Counted from the stretch's first letter, positions 17,838 to 28,382 are shown. The stretch is 49,692 nt of DNA from an uncultured Elusimicrobia bacterium (GCA_964653765.1 CAZZGQ010000003.1:5743-55434); one strand, 5' to 3'. The notes: generated by a model from the sequence alone, not told the origin. Translations and numbers: made by a program.

Positions 17838-20238
17838 GTTCTCCGATCCCGCCACCAGCGTCCCGCGATGGGCCCCGCTCTTAGAAGCGGCGTGTTTGTT
17901 CGTCATCCTGTTCCTCCTTTTGCAGCACCTGTTCGATCGCTCCGTCTTCGTCGTCTTCCAAGCCAGAGACCTCGACCGTGCCCAGCGGCTCGCTTCGGGC
18001 GAGGCGATTTTTTTCGGCCCGGAGACGACTGGCGGAGGGCACTTGCCAGGAAGCTTCTATTATCTCCTGCTCGCCCTTCCCCTGAAATTGGGACTGGGCT
18101 GGGTGGGAGCCTGGCGACTCGAAATGAGCATGGCGGCTGCCGGCGGCGCGGTCCTGTGGTGGTTTATGCGATCGCATTTCGGGATCGCCGCGGCCTGGAT
18201 CACCCTGGCGAGCGTCATGACCTCCGATTTCATGCATGCCAATCTCCTGATCTTTGAAAACTCGAGCTATATTCCGCTCTTCGTCGTGGCCTCGTTGATA
18301 TCGTTGTGCTGCGCCTTCGCGCAGGCGCCGGAAAGGAAGAAGGGAAGAGCATGGATTCTTGCCTGTCTCTCTTGCGGCTTGGGGGTGCAGGTTCACTTCA
18401 CCATCGCGTTCGTCCTCCTCGCTGGCATCGCTCTTCAGTTGGGCGCCGCTCGATTCGGCGTCCGGCCGATAAGCCGGAAAAGCTTCGCGTCCGGCATCCT
18501 GATATTTGCCGTCACGCTGCTGCCGTACGGATGCTGGCTCTCGCTCGAGAAATTATCGATCCCTATAGGGCAGGCTGCCTCGTCATTCACCGGTGAAAGC
18601 GCGCTGGGATGGATCGCGCTCCTCCATCTTGTAAAGAGGTTGCCTCGCCTCTACCTCGCGCGCGAATATCTCAGGAATGCCCTGCTGAGCCTGGTGCCGC
18701 TTGGAGCCTTTCTGGCGCTAGGACTTCTCGCCATCGTGGAGAGAGTCGACGGCGGCATGGCGCGCAAGGACGTCGAGACGCCCCGCGCCGATTTTATCGA
18801 GAGTTGTTCGGCGGTCCTGCTCGTCGTCTCGATCGTCGCGTTCGTTCCCTGCCTGTTCATCGTGCAGAGATCGTTCAATCGCTATGGAGTCGTCTTTATC
18901 CTGGCAGCAAGCCTTCTTGTCGGAGTCCGCGTCGGCCGATACGAGCGCTCGATGGGCCGATCCTTCGGCGTTCCAGCGGCAGCGGGGATCATCGCCTTCC
19001 TGGCGTGGGATTTGATCTGGTTTGGCCCCCCCGGGGCGCAGGTTCTGAAGGCGCCGGCCATTCTCTTCGTTGGGATCACCGGCCTCCTTTTCGCCTCTTT
19101 GGTCCGCCGCGCTTCTCCAGAGAAGCCGCCGCTCGCGTTGCTTCTCGCTATAGGCGTTCTTCCCGGCCTGATCTCGCTGAGGTGCTACGACGAGCGCGTC
19201 GCTTTCGGGCGCTTCGTGGAAGGACGAGAGAAGAACCTCGCGACGACCTTCGGGGAATTTGAAGCGATGTCGCGCGAAATTTACTTGAGCACGGGGTGGA
19301 GCTACGCCGAGGCGAAGCGGAGGATCTTTTACGTCAATATCCGCAAGCACGCTTCCCCCGCCTATATCTACAATGGCCTTGCGAGCGCGGAGGGCGCCGG
19401 CCTTCGCGGCAATCGGAGCGGGTCAAAGAGGATCGACGGCTTCTTCGTTGGTCGCTTCGTCAACGACGACCCCTGGCGAGGCTTCTCGTCCGGCAAGTCG
19501 TGGCTGCTGGGTCAGGATATCGAAGCCACGCTGAAAACGGGGATAAGACAGGGAGCGATCGCCTTGGGCCCGGCGTCATCCCAGGGGAGCCTCCTCATCG
19601 TGCCGTACGAAATCAAGGATCGCGATCGCTTCCCGCCCTATTTCCATAATCTCGGAGAGGGCTATGCGCAGGAATCTCCAATGGAGAACAAGGCTCCAGT
19701 CGCTGGAAGCAGGAGCTTCCGGTTCGTCTTCAATGACTCGCCGTCGAAGCGGCCGATCTACGATATTCGGGCCGACGTCCAACTCATTTCGGCCGGCCGG
19801 GGACGATGGGAAGTCGGCGTGGGCCTATCGGGCGAGCCGATATCCCAGGCCTCCTTTTGGATCAGCCCGGATTGGACCCAAGAGATCGCTCGCCCTTATT
19901 TTTCCTACTCCTGCGAAGGGAGAGAGCGCGACATACAGCTGGCCGACTCGATCGGGTTCACGTTCGGGAAAAATGAGAATTTCATCGAAGGAAGCTCGTT
20001 TCTCGCCCCCTATGAAAGAAGATTCCGTATCAGCTGCCCAAAGCCGATCGAGCGACTCGCGGTGGGCTACCGATCGTCCGTGGCCTATGAAGGCGGAAGG
20101 GCCGGTCGGCCTCTAATCGGACAGCAGCGGTCCCAGCGCTTGCAGCAGCCGCTCGGCCACGACTTCGGCGCCGTTGGTTCGCGGGGTCGGGTTGTCGCGC
20201 GACGGCTTGCCGGTGACCTGCTCCAGCCGCGCCACTAG
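17815..20238 (+). CDS. Large polytopic membrane protein, ArnT/PMT-like GT-C glycosyltransferase candidate
   Basis: N-terminal QARD...FFGP...HLPG.FYY loop, ~12 TM segments, soluble C-terminal domain; overlaps the convergent gene by 126 bp. Confidence 0.65.
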   Translation: MDSPGQAKFSDPATSVPRWAPLLEAACLFVILFLLLQHLFDRSVFVVFQARDLDRAQRLASGEAIFFGPETTGGGHLPGSFYYLLLALPLKLGLGWVGAWRLEMSMAAAGGAVLWWFMRSHFGIAAAWITLASVMTSDFMHANLLIFENSSYIPLFVVASLISLCCAFAQAPERKKGRAWILACLSCGLGVQVHFTIAFVLLAGIALQLGAARFGVRPISRKSFASGILIFAVTLLPYGCWLSLEKLSIPIGQAASSFTGESALGWIALLHLVKRLPRLYLAREYLRNALLSLVPLGAFLALGLLAIVERVDGGMARKDVETPRADFIESCSAVLLVVSIVAFVPCLFIVQRSFNRYGVVFILAASLLVGVRVGRYERSMGRSFGVPAAAGIIAFLAWDLIWFGPPGAQVLKAPAILFVGITGLLFASLVRRASPEKPPLALLLAIGVLPGLISLRCYDERVAFGRFVEGREKNLATTFGEFEAMSREIYLSTGWSYAEAKRRIFYVNIRKHASPAYIYNGLASAEGAGLRGNRSGSKRIDGFFVGRFVNDDPWRGFSSGKSWLLGQDIEATLKTGIRQGAIALGPASSQGSLLIVPYEIKDRDRFPPYFHNLGEGYAQESPMENKAPVAGSRSFRFVFNDSPSKRPIYDIRADVQLISAGRGRWEVGVGLSGEPISQASFWISPDWTQEIARPYFSYSCEGRERDIQLADSIGFTFGKNENFIEGSSFLAPYERRFRISCPKPIERLAVGYRSSVAYEGGRAGRPLIGQQRSQRLQQPLGHDFGAVGSRGRVVARRLAGDLLQPRH

Positions 20239-21192
20239 TTCCGGTAGAGGGGCAAGCTTGGAGACGAGGATTCCTTGACCGCACCGCTCAACCTCCAAGG
20301 CGTTGGCCAGCTGCTCGCCGTGCTTTTCCATCGGCAAGATGATCATCTTCTTGCCCCGCGCCAGGCATTCGGAGATCGAGCTGAGTCCTCCCTGAAGGAG
20401 GACGACCTGAGATTCGTCGATGCAGGGGGTGCCGCGGGCGTCGAGAGCTGACGAGGGGTCCTCGTTCCCCCCGATGACCGGCAGGCCGTAGCGGCGCGCG
20501 TAGGCGAGCAGCGGCTCCGCGCCGATCCCGGAGCCGCTCAGGAGCACGTGAATACGGCCGCCGTGCGTCTTTCGTTGAGGAAGAGTGAATTCTTGGCGCA
20601 CGATCAAGGGCACGGTTTCCAGGCGCGAGGTCATCGGACCGACGGGCCCAAAGGAAGGCACGAGGATAATCCGGCTCACCAGACGCTGGAAGAAGAAGTC
20701 CAGCCTCTCGATGAGCATGCTCGAGCGCGGAATCGGAGAGCGCGGCCCGCTCAGCTCAAATCGGCGCAGGACGTCCCAGGCTTGTCCGAGCGCGATGATG
20801 GGGAGTCGAAAAAGAAGAAGCGGCAGGCAGTGATAATCGGAATCGATGAGAGCTAGGTCGGCGCGATCGGCTTTGAGAAAAGAGAAAATCCGCCAGGTGT
20901 TGATCCAGTAAGTCCAGGCGCTCGTCGGCCGTAAAAAGGCAAGCCAGCGAATCCCAGACTCTTCGGCTCCTACTCGCAAAGGATACGGCGCAAGAGGCAG
21001 CACCTCGGCGAATACCGCTGGCCCATTCCTTTTCCAGAATTCAACCGCGCGCCCATTCGTGCAAACGATGACCCGCAACTCATCCGGCGGAACCTTGAAT
21101 CGTCGGCGGATCGCCTGCACGACGCCGAGCAGCCGCGTGGAATTGCCCAAACCTAAGCCGCTGCAGAGCACGAGCAGCGTCTTTCTCTTCAT
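20113..21192 (-). CDS. GT-B glycosyltransferase (GT1/GT28-like)
   Basis: GLGLGNSTR N-terminal loop; QGGLSSISECL..GK, HGEQLANA C-terminal motif. Confidence 0.72.
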   Translation of the reverse strand: MKRKTLLVLCSGLGLGNSTRLLGVVQAIRRRFKVPPDELRVIVCTNGRAVEFWKRNGPAVFAEVLPLAPYPLRVGAEESGIRWLAFLRPTSAWTYWINTWRIFSFLKADRADLALIDSDYHCLPLLLFRLPIIALGQAWDVLRRFELSGPRSPIPRSSMLIERLDFFFQRLVSRIILVPSFGPVGPMTSRLETVPLIVRQEFTLPQRKTHGGRIHVLLSGSGIGAEPLLAYARRYGLPVIGGNEDPSSALDARGTPCIDESQVVLLQGGLSSISECLARGKKMIILPMEKHGEQLANALEVERCGQGILVSKLAPLPELVARLEQVTGKPSRDNPTPRTNGAEVVAERLLQALGPLLSD

Positions 21193-21800
21193 CGGGGAAG
21201 GCTCCCGGCCGGACGCAGGACGAAGGCTGAACTCAAGAAAGCGGCGCGGGCGTGGTCCGTGGCCTGAAACCCATGCTTTGCGGCGAGCCTAAAATAGTCT
21301 TCAGCGTCCCTGACGAACGTCGGGCATGATCCGAGCTCATGAACAGCGCCATAAATCCACCCGACGAGGCCTCGATTCGGAATCAAGCAGACGATCCTCC
21401 CGGAGTCGTTCAATAGGTCCGGCAGCCTTTGAAAGACCCTCTCGGGATGCTCCACGAATTCCAGCAGTCCCGCGATCAGGACCCTGTCGAATTTTCGCGG
21501 GCTCGTGAACGTCTCGACTGGGCAGCATGCGCCATCGAAACCCAGAGCCCGATAGGCCCGCATCATCCCCTCCGAGGCGTCGACGCCATAAACCCGGACG
21601 CCTCGGACGCCGCGCAGGCGCAAGGAGTAATACCCGGCGCCGCACCCGAGGTCCAAGACGTCGAGACCTTCCGACAAGACTAGGCGCGTTTCAAGCGCTC
21701 TCCATTCGACCGCTCGCAGGCTCTTCCAAGGGACGCGTTCGCTCCGGGCCAGGTAGCGCGAGGCGCGGCGATCAAAATACCCAGGGCAGCTCGGCGTCAT
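21189..21800 (-). CDS. Class I SAM-dependent methyltransferase
   Basis: VLDLGCGAGYY, GVDAS..M, FD.V...LEFV. Start reassigned to ATG 21800, overlapping the upstream stop. Confidence 0.85.
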   Translation of the reverse strand: MTPSCPGYFDRRASRYLARSERVPWKSLRAVEWRALETRLVLSEGLDVLDLGCGAGYYSLRLRGVRGVRVYGVDASEGMMRAYRALGFDGACCPVETFTSPRKFDRVLIAGLLEFVEHPERVFQRLPDLLNDSGRIVCLIPNRGLVGWIYGAVHELGSCPTFVRDAEDYFRLAAKHGFQATDHARAAFLSSAFVLRPAGSLPR

Positions 21801-22441
21801 ATCTTTGCCGCGAGTACCAGGCAGGCCGGCCCCAGCAATGGCGAACGAAACAGCTCGACGGGGCGATATCCGGCGAGGTCGAGCCATCCGACGACTGTGG
21901 CTTCATCCAAGCTGCGCGGCCGATAATCGCTATCCGTAGCGCTTCGATAACAGCTATACACCCGGCTGAAGAACCCCGTCGACTCCGTGAATGAGAAGAG
22001 CAGGCGCTCCTCTCTGCGCCTCAGAAAGAATTCCCTGGACTCGGCCGCGGTAAGCCAATCCAGGAGACCGAGGAATACCGCCAAGTCCGCTCCCGTGCGG
22101 GAGACCCCCAGCGCGTCGGCGCATTCGAACTGGACGCGATCGGAGCACCACTCGAATCTCTCTCGCGCCGCCTCGATCGCCACCCGCGAGATATCGACCC
22201 CCCTGTATTTTCGCCGAGGATCGTTCAGGATCGCCTGCGCCAACAATCCGCTGCCGCATCCGATGTCCAAGAGGCTCGAGCACGTCTTGAGCTCGTTTTC
22301 GAGCAGACTCGCGGCAAGAGCCATCCTCTTTCTGACGGTCCATGAAAAAGGGTTGGCCCAAGCAAAACGAGAATAGCGCGCGCTCTCCCATCGCAAGATC
22401 CTGCGATCCCAAAACGCGGCCCTCGAGCTGATGTCATCCAC
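21797..22441 (-). CDS. Class I SAM-dependent methyltransferase
   Basis: LLDIGCGSG, YRGVDIS, LGLLDW. Confidence 0.85.
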   Translation of the reverse strand: MDDISSRAAFWDRRILRWESARYSRFAWANPFSWTVRKRMALAASLLENELKTCSSLLDIGCGSGLLAQAILNDPRRKYRGVDISRVAIEAARERFEWCSDRVQFECADALGVSRTGADLAVFLGLLDWLTAAESREFFLRRREERLLFSFTESTGFFSRVYSCYRSATDSDYRPRSLDEATVVGWLDLAGYRPVELFRSPLLGPACLVLAAKI

Positions 22442-23237
22442 GGGGAGGCAGGCGCGACCAGGCCAACAGACGCCGGTATTCCACGACTCGCTGCTGTCGA
22501 AGGGGGTCAGGATAGGTCATCGGCATCCCGTCGTCGTATTTGGCGGGATGGACGATGACAGCGCGTCGCGAATCGAGCAGCTTCCTTTGGCCGCGGTTCC
22601 AGCAGCGGTAGTCTCGGCCGCGCAGGTAGAGCGTCGGAGCGTTCTGATAGAGGCGGACGGGTTGAAGACGGCTGCGTCCGAGATAAATCAGACCGAGGAA
22701 GAAACTCGGGATGTGGCTCGGGTCCACTGGAACCCGCAGCCACTTGATTCCTTCTTCGATGAGGACTTGCCCCACGGCTTCAATGACGCCGGGGATCAGA
22801 TGCACGTGATGGTGCCCTTCGACGCCCGTGACCGGGACACCCAAGGCCTTCAGACGACGTATCTGGCGTCTCGTCTCAAGGGCCATCTCGTCAGCCGACA
22901 CCCGGCCTCCGATCATCCCCAGCAAAAGGCCGGGCAGCCCTCTGAATCTTCCGCCGCTGCACAGAGAGCGGACTTCTTCGGGAGGAGATGCCGGCCTGCC
23001 GTAGGTAAAGTTCAGATGGACGCTCAAGCGAAGGTGCGTCATCCTCAAGAGCTCCTTTAGAAGGTGATCGACGCTCGCAAGATTCGCCAACAGAGAGACG
23101 CCCTGGACGACGCCGCGTTCGCAAAGCTCCAGAATACCCTCGTTGATGCCGGGTGTCATCCCCCAATCGTCGGCGACGCAATTGGCGATCCCTGGAGGGC
23201 CCATTGTACGAGAATCTCCCTGACTCGAAGGCTTCAT
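22434..23237 (-). CDS. YdjC/ChbG/HpnK-family carbohydrate deacetylase
   Basis: ADDWG..PGINEGI, VHLNFT.G.P, EGHHHVH, VHP motifs. Confidence 0.88.
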   Translation of the reverse strand: MKPSSQGDSRTMGPPGIANCVADDWGMTPGINEGILELCERGVVQGVSLLANLASVDHLLKELLRMTHLRLSVHLNFTYGRPASPPEEVRSLCSGGRFRGLPGLLLGMIGGRVSADEMALETRRQIRRLKALGVPVTGVEGHHHVHLIPGVIEAVGQVLIEEGIKWLRVPVDPSHIPSFFLGLIYLGRSRLQPVRLYQNAPTLYLRGRDYRCWNRGQRKLLDSRRAVIVHPAKYDDGMPMTYPDPLRQQRVVEYRRLLAWSRLPPRG

Positions 23238-23302
23238 CGCAGCTTACAGAAAGTCGGAGGCCGTCTGCCAGCTAGCGATCCAAACAATTATAATACCTGT
23301 CC

Positions 23303-23368
23303 ATGGCGTGTCCTGCAAAGTCGTCGTCAGCCAGCGGGTGCAAGTCCAAGCCGGAGCCCAAGCGATGA
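23303..23368 (+). CDS. Candidate 21-aa peptide MACPAKSSSASGCKSKPEPKR
   Basis: ATG 8 nt after TATAAT (23289-23294); its TGA overlaps the next ATG (ATGA at 23365-23368). Could be chance. Confidence 0.3.
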   Translation: MACPAKSSSASGCKSKPEPKR

Positions 23369-25200
23369 GCCGGCTGTGCGGGGCCTGGGCGCTTGACGGA
23401 CGTCCGATCGAGGCGCTCCTCGAAGAGGCCGAGGCGCGGTCCATGAAGGGGCAACTCGGCGGCCCCGGGGACGCCCTCGAGGAAATGAGGCGGGGACCGC
23501 TGTGGCTCGTCAGCGCGCCCGGACGTACCCTCGCCGATCAGGCCGGCGCCCTCGCCGTCGAAGGTTTCGTCGACTCCTCGTCGTGGCGGCCCGATCTGCT
23601 GGCGAACGCGCGGCGACGGAGCGAGTCGCTGCTCGACGTGGAGGGCCATTGCGTGGCCGCCTTCGCAGATTGGCAGGCCGGCAGCCTGACGCTGGCTCGC
23701 GACCCGAGCGGCGGCGAGAGGCTATACTACGCGCGCCTGGGAAAGCTCTTGCTGTTTTCGGCCTCGGTGCGGCCGCTGCTCGCTCATGGCGGGATATCCC
23801 GTCAGGCCGATCCCGACATGGTCCGCGAGTACCTCGTCAACGGCGCGTTGTTCTCGCAGGCGCGGACGCTATTCCCGGGCGTCGACGAGCTGGAGCCGGA
23901 CGAGGCGATCACCTTCCAGTCCAACCAGCAACGCGCGCACCGTCCAGCCCGTTACCCTCCCCCCGAGGAGCTCGCCGAGGAGACCTGCCGTCGTCTGCTG
24001 CGCGACGGCCTCACCCAGGCGACGGCCGCGATGATCGGGTCGCGGAAGGCCATCGCCGTGGCCCTGTCGGGAGGCGTCGATTCAGCGACCATCGCTGCGC
24101 TCGCTCGCGACGTCGTTGGCGCCGAGAATGTCCACGCCTTCACGTACGAGTTCCCCGACTCTGGCCTGGGCTCCGAAGCGCCCTACGCCAAGTCCGTCTG
24201 CCGGCACCTCGGCCTGCGCGATCCCGAGATCGTGTCCATCCGATACCGAGATCATTTGGAGGCGCTGCCGGAGGCCGTCTGGCGTTGCGAAGAGACCGGA
24301 TCCACGCGCGGCAACCCGACGACGATGCTGCTGTCCAAGGCCGTCGCCGCGGCAGGCTTCGACCGCCTGCTGACAGGGAATCTGATGGAGGTGCTGCTTT
24401 GGACGGGTCTTTCGCGGCACAAGAGGCTTGAGGATTTCGCCCGGCTCGCGCCGCGCCTGCCGGCGCCGCAGTGGACGCTCGCTCATTGGCGCTGGCGCAA
24501 GAGGCTGGGGCGGCCCGGACGCTCCCTGCTCGAGGCGGCCGTTCCAGGATTTTCGGCGCCAGAGGAGCCGTATTACTTCATCGTGCTCGCCATCTTGGCC
24601 GCCAACGGCGTCATCGACGACATCGCGCCCTTCTTTCCTTCCGAGCTGGGCGCCGCCGCGCGCCGGACGCTCGAGGGGCCGGGCATCCAAGCGCGGTTGC
24701 GCCACCTTAGGCACGCGCCGCTGACGGATCAGTTGCGCTACGGCTGCTTCGTGGGCCACGATCAAGGCCGTCTGCTGCTCAAGAAGCTCAAGCTGACGCG
24801 CGAGGCGGGAGCGCCCGTTCTCGCTCCCGCCGCCATGCCCGCTGCCACCATCCACAACAGGCACTTCCGCTGGCACGCGCTGCGCCAGGGAAGCCGTCCC
24901 TCCAAGTTCCTCCTCAAGGAGGCGATGCGCGGTCGGCTGCCCGACGAAGTCATCGATCGCCCGAAGATCGAAGACTCGATGATCGTTCCGCAGCGCTGGT
25001 TCTCCGCCTCCATCGAGACGCTTCGGCCGGCGCTGGAGCCTTCGGCTCGCCTGCTGCTGGACACGTTGCCCGAAGGCCCGCCGCTGCGCCCTCACGTGGA
25101 GGACAACCTGCTGCGGCTGGCCCTTTGGCACCGGCTGCTCGTCGCCAGGCCGCTGCGCGCCGATCCTCCTTCGCTGTCGGAGCTGGAGGAGGGCTCTTGA
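23365..25200 (+). CDS. Asparagine-synthetase/lasso-cyclase-like protein 1
   Basis: MSRLCGAW, RDPSGGERLYY, LSGGVDS, KFLLKEAMRGRLP..V.DRPK; no N-terminal Cys nucleophile. Start chosen by alignment with the paralogs. Confidence 0.85.
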   Translation: MSRLCGAWALDGRPIEALLEEAEARSMKGQLGGPGDALEEMRRGPLWLVSAPGRTLADQAGALAVEGFVDSSSWRPDLLANARRRSESLLDVEGHCVAAFADWQAGSLTLARDPSGGERLYYARLGKLLLFSASVRPLLAHGGISRQADPDMVREYLVNGALFSQARTLFPGVDELEPDEAITFQSNQQRAHRPARYPPPEELAEETCRRLLRDGLTQATAAMIGSRKAIAVALSGGVDSATIAALARDVVGAENVHAFTYEFPDSGLGSEAPYAKSVCRHLGLRDPEIVSIRYRDHLEALPEAVWRCEETGSTRGNPTTMLLSKAVAAAGFDRLLTGNLMEVLLWTGLSRHKRLEDFARLAPRLPAPQWTLAHWRWRKRLGRPGRSLLEAAVPGFSAPEEPYYFIVLAILAANGVIDDIAPFFPSELGAAARRTLEGPGIQARLRHLRHAPLTDQLRYGCFVGHDQGRLLLKKLKLTREAGAPVLAPAAMPAATIHNRHFRWHALRQGSRPSKFLLKEAMRGRLPDEVIDRPKIEDSMIVPQRWFSASIETLRPALEPSARLLLDTLPEGPPLRPHVEDNLLRLALWHRLLVARPLRADPPSLSELEEGS

Positions 25201-26972
25201 TGGCGCTCTCGGGAGCGTGGTCCATCTCGGGAAGGCCGCTCGAAGCGATCCTCACGGCGCGTGAGACGCAGGCCCTCGGCGGCGCGGCCGCGCTCGACCT
25301 CGGCCCTTTGCGCTTGCTGGCCGATCCCGCGAGGACAGCGCGCGTGGCGAGCGGGTGCGCGGCGTTCCATGGAATCCTCGCTGTCGCCGACTCGTCCGAA
25401 GCCTTGCGCGGCTGGTTGTCGCGTTCGGGAGAAGGCCCTCCTCTCTTTGAGGGCCACTACGCGGCGCTCAAGATGGACGCGCAGCGGCGGCGTCTAGCGC
25501 TTTGGCGCGATCCGACCGGGGACGTCCGCCTCTACTACGCGCGGCGCGGCGAAGTCCTGTTCTTCTCCACGTCGCTCCGGACGCTGCTTTCCTGCGGCTG
25601 GTCGCTCGAGCTGGAGGCGCAAGCCGTGGCGCAGCGCGCGCTCAACGAGCTGCCGGCCTTTGGCAATGGCACGCCGCTGCGCGGCGTTGAGGAGGTGCTG
25701 GCGGGCTACGAGCTGCGCGCCTCGCCCGACGGGATCTTCCACCGTTGGGCTTGGTCGAGCCTGCTCGAGCCGGCGACCGCGCCATCGCCCGAAGCCGAGG
25801 CGGCGCAGTTGCGCGCGGGACTGGAGGAAGCGGTGGGCCGATCGATCCGCCGCGGCGGCGACGTGGCCGTGGCCCTGTCCGGAGGCATCGACTCCTCGGC
25901 GATCGCGGCCGCGGCGGCGGCCCTAGCGGGCCCGGACCGCCTGCACGCCTTCACCTACGAGTTCGAGGACGCCAGTCACCCTTCGGAGGTCCCCTATGCG
26001 GCCGCCGTCTGCCGGCACCTGGGCGTCCGGCGCCATACGGTGGTGAGCATCTCGGCTCAAGAGTATCGTCGCGGCGTGGCTCCCGCGATCCGAGCCTCGG
26101 AGGACGCCGTCTATTGGCGAAGACCCTACGTGAGCGCTTTCGTGCGCCGTATCCGGGACAGCGGCTTCACCTCTTATCTCACGGGCTACGGCTTCGGCAG
26201 CCATCTCGCCGCGATCCAGGATGTCGCAGACCTGCTCGAGTGGCTGCCGGCATTGGGACTCACGCTGCGTCACTGGCGAGCCCCTCCCCCTTCGGCGGCG
26301 CCGGACCGCTTCTTGATCGAGCTCGGCGCGCCTTCCTGGCAGTCACGGCTTCATCCGGGCCTCGCCCGCCCTTTTCCGCGCCTCCTTCTGCCGATCGCGG
26401 CGGTGCTGGCCCACCGTGGACGCCGCGACGCCGTGGCGGCCCTCTATCCGAAAGAGTTGCGGCCTCTCGTCGACCGCGCTCTAGGATCCCAAGCCTTCGC
26501 GCGGAGCCTAGCTGAGCTCGACGGTCTGAGTCTCGCGGCGGCGCTGACCCGGCTCTGCTTTGTCCGCCTCAACTCGAGCGTCGACGCCACGCGCCACGCC
26601 ACCTCCTCCTCGGCCGAGGGCGTCTGGGCTGTATCGCCGGCGTCGTTCCCGAGCCTGCTGCAACTGACCCACCTGCCCCATCGTCGCGTCGCGGCGGACA
26701 GAACATCGCGCGCGCGCCCGGGCAAGAGCGCGTTGAGGAGGGCGATGCGCGGCATCCTGCCGAACGACATCATCGAGCGCAAGAAGTACTGGCCGCATCC
26801 CGGAGGCCCTATGTCCTGGCGGACGCGGGCTTTGGCCGAGATGAACGAAGGCTCGTCCCGAGCCTTTGAGGACTTGCGCGGCGTCCTGGGGCGCGACTTC
26901 CATGCCGCCCAAGGATATTTCCCGGCGCACCTCGCGCCGCTAGCGCTCTGGCGCGATCTCTTCCCTTCCTAA
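25200..26972 (+). CDS. Asparagine-synthetase/lasso-cyclase-like protein 2
   Basis: MALSGAW, RDPTGDVRLYY, LSGGIDS, HAFTYEF, RPGKSALRRAMRGILP; TGATG coupling to paralog 1. Confidence 0.85.
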   Translation: MALSGAWSISGRPLEAILTARETQALGGAAALDLGPLRLLADPARTARVASGCAAFHGILAVADSSEALRGWLSRSGEGPPLFEGHYAALKMDAQRRRLALWRDPTGDVRLYYARRGEVLFFSTSLRTLLSCGWSLELEAQAVAQRALNELPAFGNGTPLRGVEEVLAGYELRASPDGIFHRWAWSSLLEPATAPSPEAEAAQLRAGLEEAVGRSIRRGGDVAVALSGGIDSSAIAAAAAALAGPDRLHAFTYEFEDASHPSEVPYAAAVCRHLGVRRHTVVSISAQEYRRGVAPAIRASEDAVYWRRPYVSAFVRRIRDSGFTSYLTGYGFGSHLAAIQDVADLLEWLPALGLTLRHWRAPPPSAAPDRFLIELGAPSWQSRLHPGLARPFPRLLLPIAAVLAHRGRRDAVAALYPKELRPLVDRALGSQAFARSLAELDGLSLAAALTRLCFVRLNSSVDATRHATSSSAEGVWAVSPASFPSLLQLTHLPHRRVAADRTSRARPGKSALRRAMRGILPNDIIERKKYWPHPGGPMSWRTRALAEMNEGSSRAFEDLRGVLGRDFHAAQGYFPAHLAPLALWRDLFPS

Positions 26973-28382
26973 GGCTGGGTCAGGCCAGCGCTGCGCCCAG
27001 GGCCGGGCTTGCTCGAGCTGCGCCGCCAAGCGCAGCAGCGTCGCTTCGCCGCCGAAGCGGCCCGTGAAGTGGCTGCCGAGGGGCAGTCCCTCGGCGCTCC
27101 AGTACAAAGGCACGCTCATCGCCGGCTGTCCCGTGAGGCTTGAGACCATCGTGTAGGGCGCGAAGGCCCTCGCGGCCTCCAGGAGAGCTTCGTCGACCGT
27201 CTGGGACGCGAACGCCCCGAGCCGGGGCGCGACGGTCGCTGTCGTCGGAGTCAGGTACGCGTCGATGGACTCGAAGTGACCGGCAATCCGGCGGGCCAGG
27301 CCTTGAACATCCTGCCACGCCCTAAGGTACTCGGCGGCCGTCACGCGCCGACCTCGCTCGTAGAGGTCCCAGGTCAGCGGCTCAAGCTCCGACGGCTCGG
27401 GGGCTCGTCCGAGCCGCCGCGTCCAGGAGTCGATCTGCCAGGCGCATTCCGCAGCGCGGATCTTCAGGATCACCTCGGAAAGCCCTTCGCCCTTTGGCGG
27501 CGGCGGAGCTTCCACCATCTCGTGGCCCAGGTCGAGGCACAAGGAAACGGTCTGCTCGAGCGCTTGGGCGGCCTCTGCGCCAAGTCTCCAGCCGTGGTCG
27601 CCGAAGGCGATCCTCAACCTGCCAGGAGGCGTCTTGACCTCCTTGGCGTAGGGGCGCTGGATGGCGGGAGCGCAATAAGGGTCGCCGACGTCGGGCCCCG
27701 CCGTGGCATCCAGAAACGCCGCCGCGTCGCGAACAGAGCGGGTGATCATGCCCTCCCGCGCGAGACCGCTCGCGAAGTCGCCGTAGTGAGGGCCCCACGG
27801 CGTGCGGCCGCGCGTCGGGTTGAGCGCGAAAACGCCGCAGCAGGACGCAGGGATGCGCAGGGAGCCCCCTCCGTCGTTGCCGTGGGCCGCCGGCACCAGT
27901 CCGGCCGCCACGGCGGCGGCGGCGCCCCCGCTCGACCCGCCAGGGCTGCGCCGCCGGTCCCAGGGGTTGAGCGTCGGGCCAAAGGCCGCGGGCTCGGTCG
28001 TCGGAAGGACCCCGAACTCCGACGCGTTCGTCTTGCCGACCACGACGACGCCCGCCGACCTCAACCGCCGGACGAACGTGCTGTCTCGCTCGCAGCGGTA
28101 CTTGCGCAAAAAACGGGAGCCGTTGGACAGCGGCGTCCCCGCCATCTCCGTGGCTAGGTCCTTCAAGCCGACAGGCACTCCGCTCAAGGGAGCCGACGTC
28201 GGACACTGGCGAGCGTCCTGCCTCGCCGGCTCCTCCAGAAGGTGGATGACAGCGTTGAGGGCGGGATCGCGCGCGATGCGGGCGATCGCCGCCTCCGCAA
28301 GGTCGACCGCGGCCAGCTCCTTGCGCTGGACGAGCTCGGCCTGTCCGACGGCGTCATACCGCGCCAACTCATCCGCAGTCAT
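26940..28382 (-). CDS. Amidase-signature family enzyme
   Basis: [19 protein letters not shown]...[21 protein letters not shown] (Lys-cisSer-Ser triad). Confidence 0.92.
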   Translation of the reverse strand: MTADELARYDAVGQAELVQRKELAAVDLAEAAIARIARDPALNAVIHLLEEPARQDARQCPTSAPLSGVPVGLKDLATEMAGTPLSNGSRFLRKYRCERDSTFVRRLRSAGVVVVGKTNASEFGVLPTTEPAAFGPTLNPWDRRRSPGGSSGGAAAAVAAGLVPAAHGNDGGGSLRIPASCCGVFALNPTRGRTPWGPHYGDFASGLAREGMITRSVRDAAAFLDATAGPDVGDPYCAPAIQRPYAKEVKTPPGRLRIAFGDHGWRLGAEAAQALEQTVSLCLDLGHEMVEAPPPPKGEGLSEVILKIRAAECAWQIDSWTRRLGRAPEPSELEPLTWDLYERGRRVTAAEYLRAWQDVQGLARRIAGHFESIDAYLTPTTATVAPRLGAFASQTVDEALLEAARAFAPYTMVSSLTGQPAMSVPLYWSAEGLPLGSHFTGRFGGEATLLRLAAQLEQARPWAQRWPDPALGREEIAPER

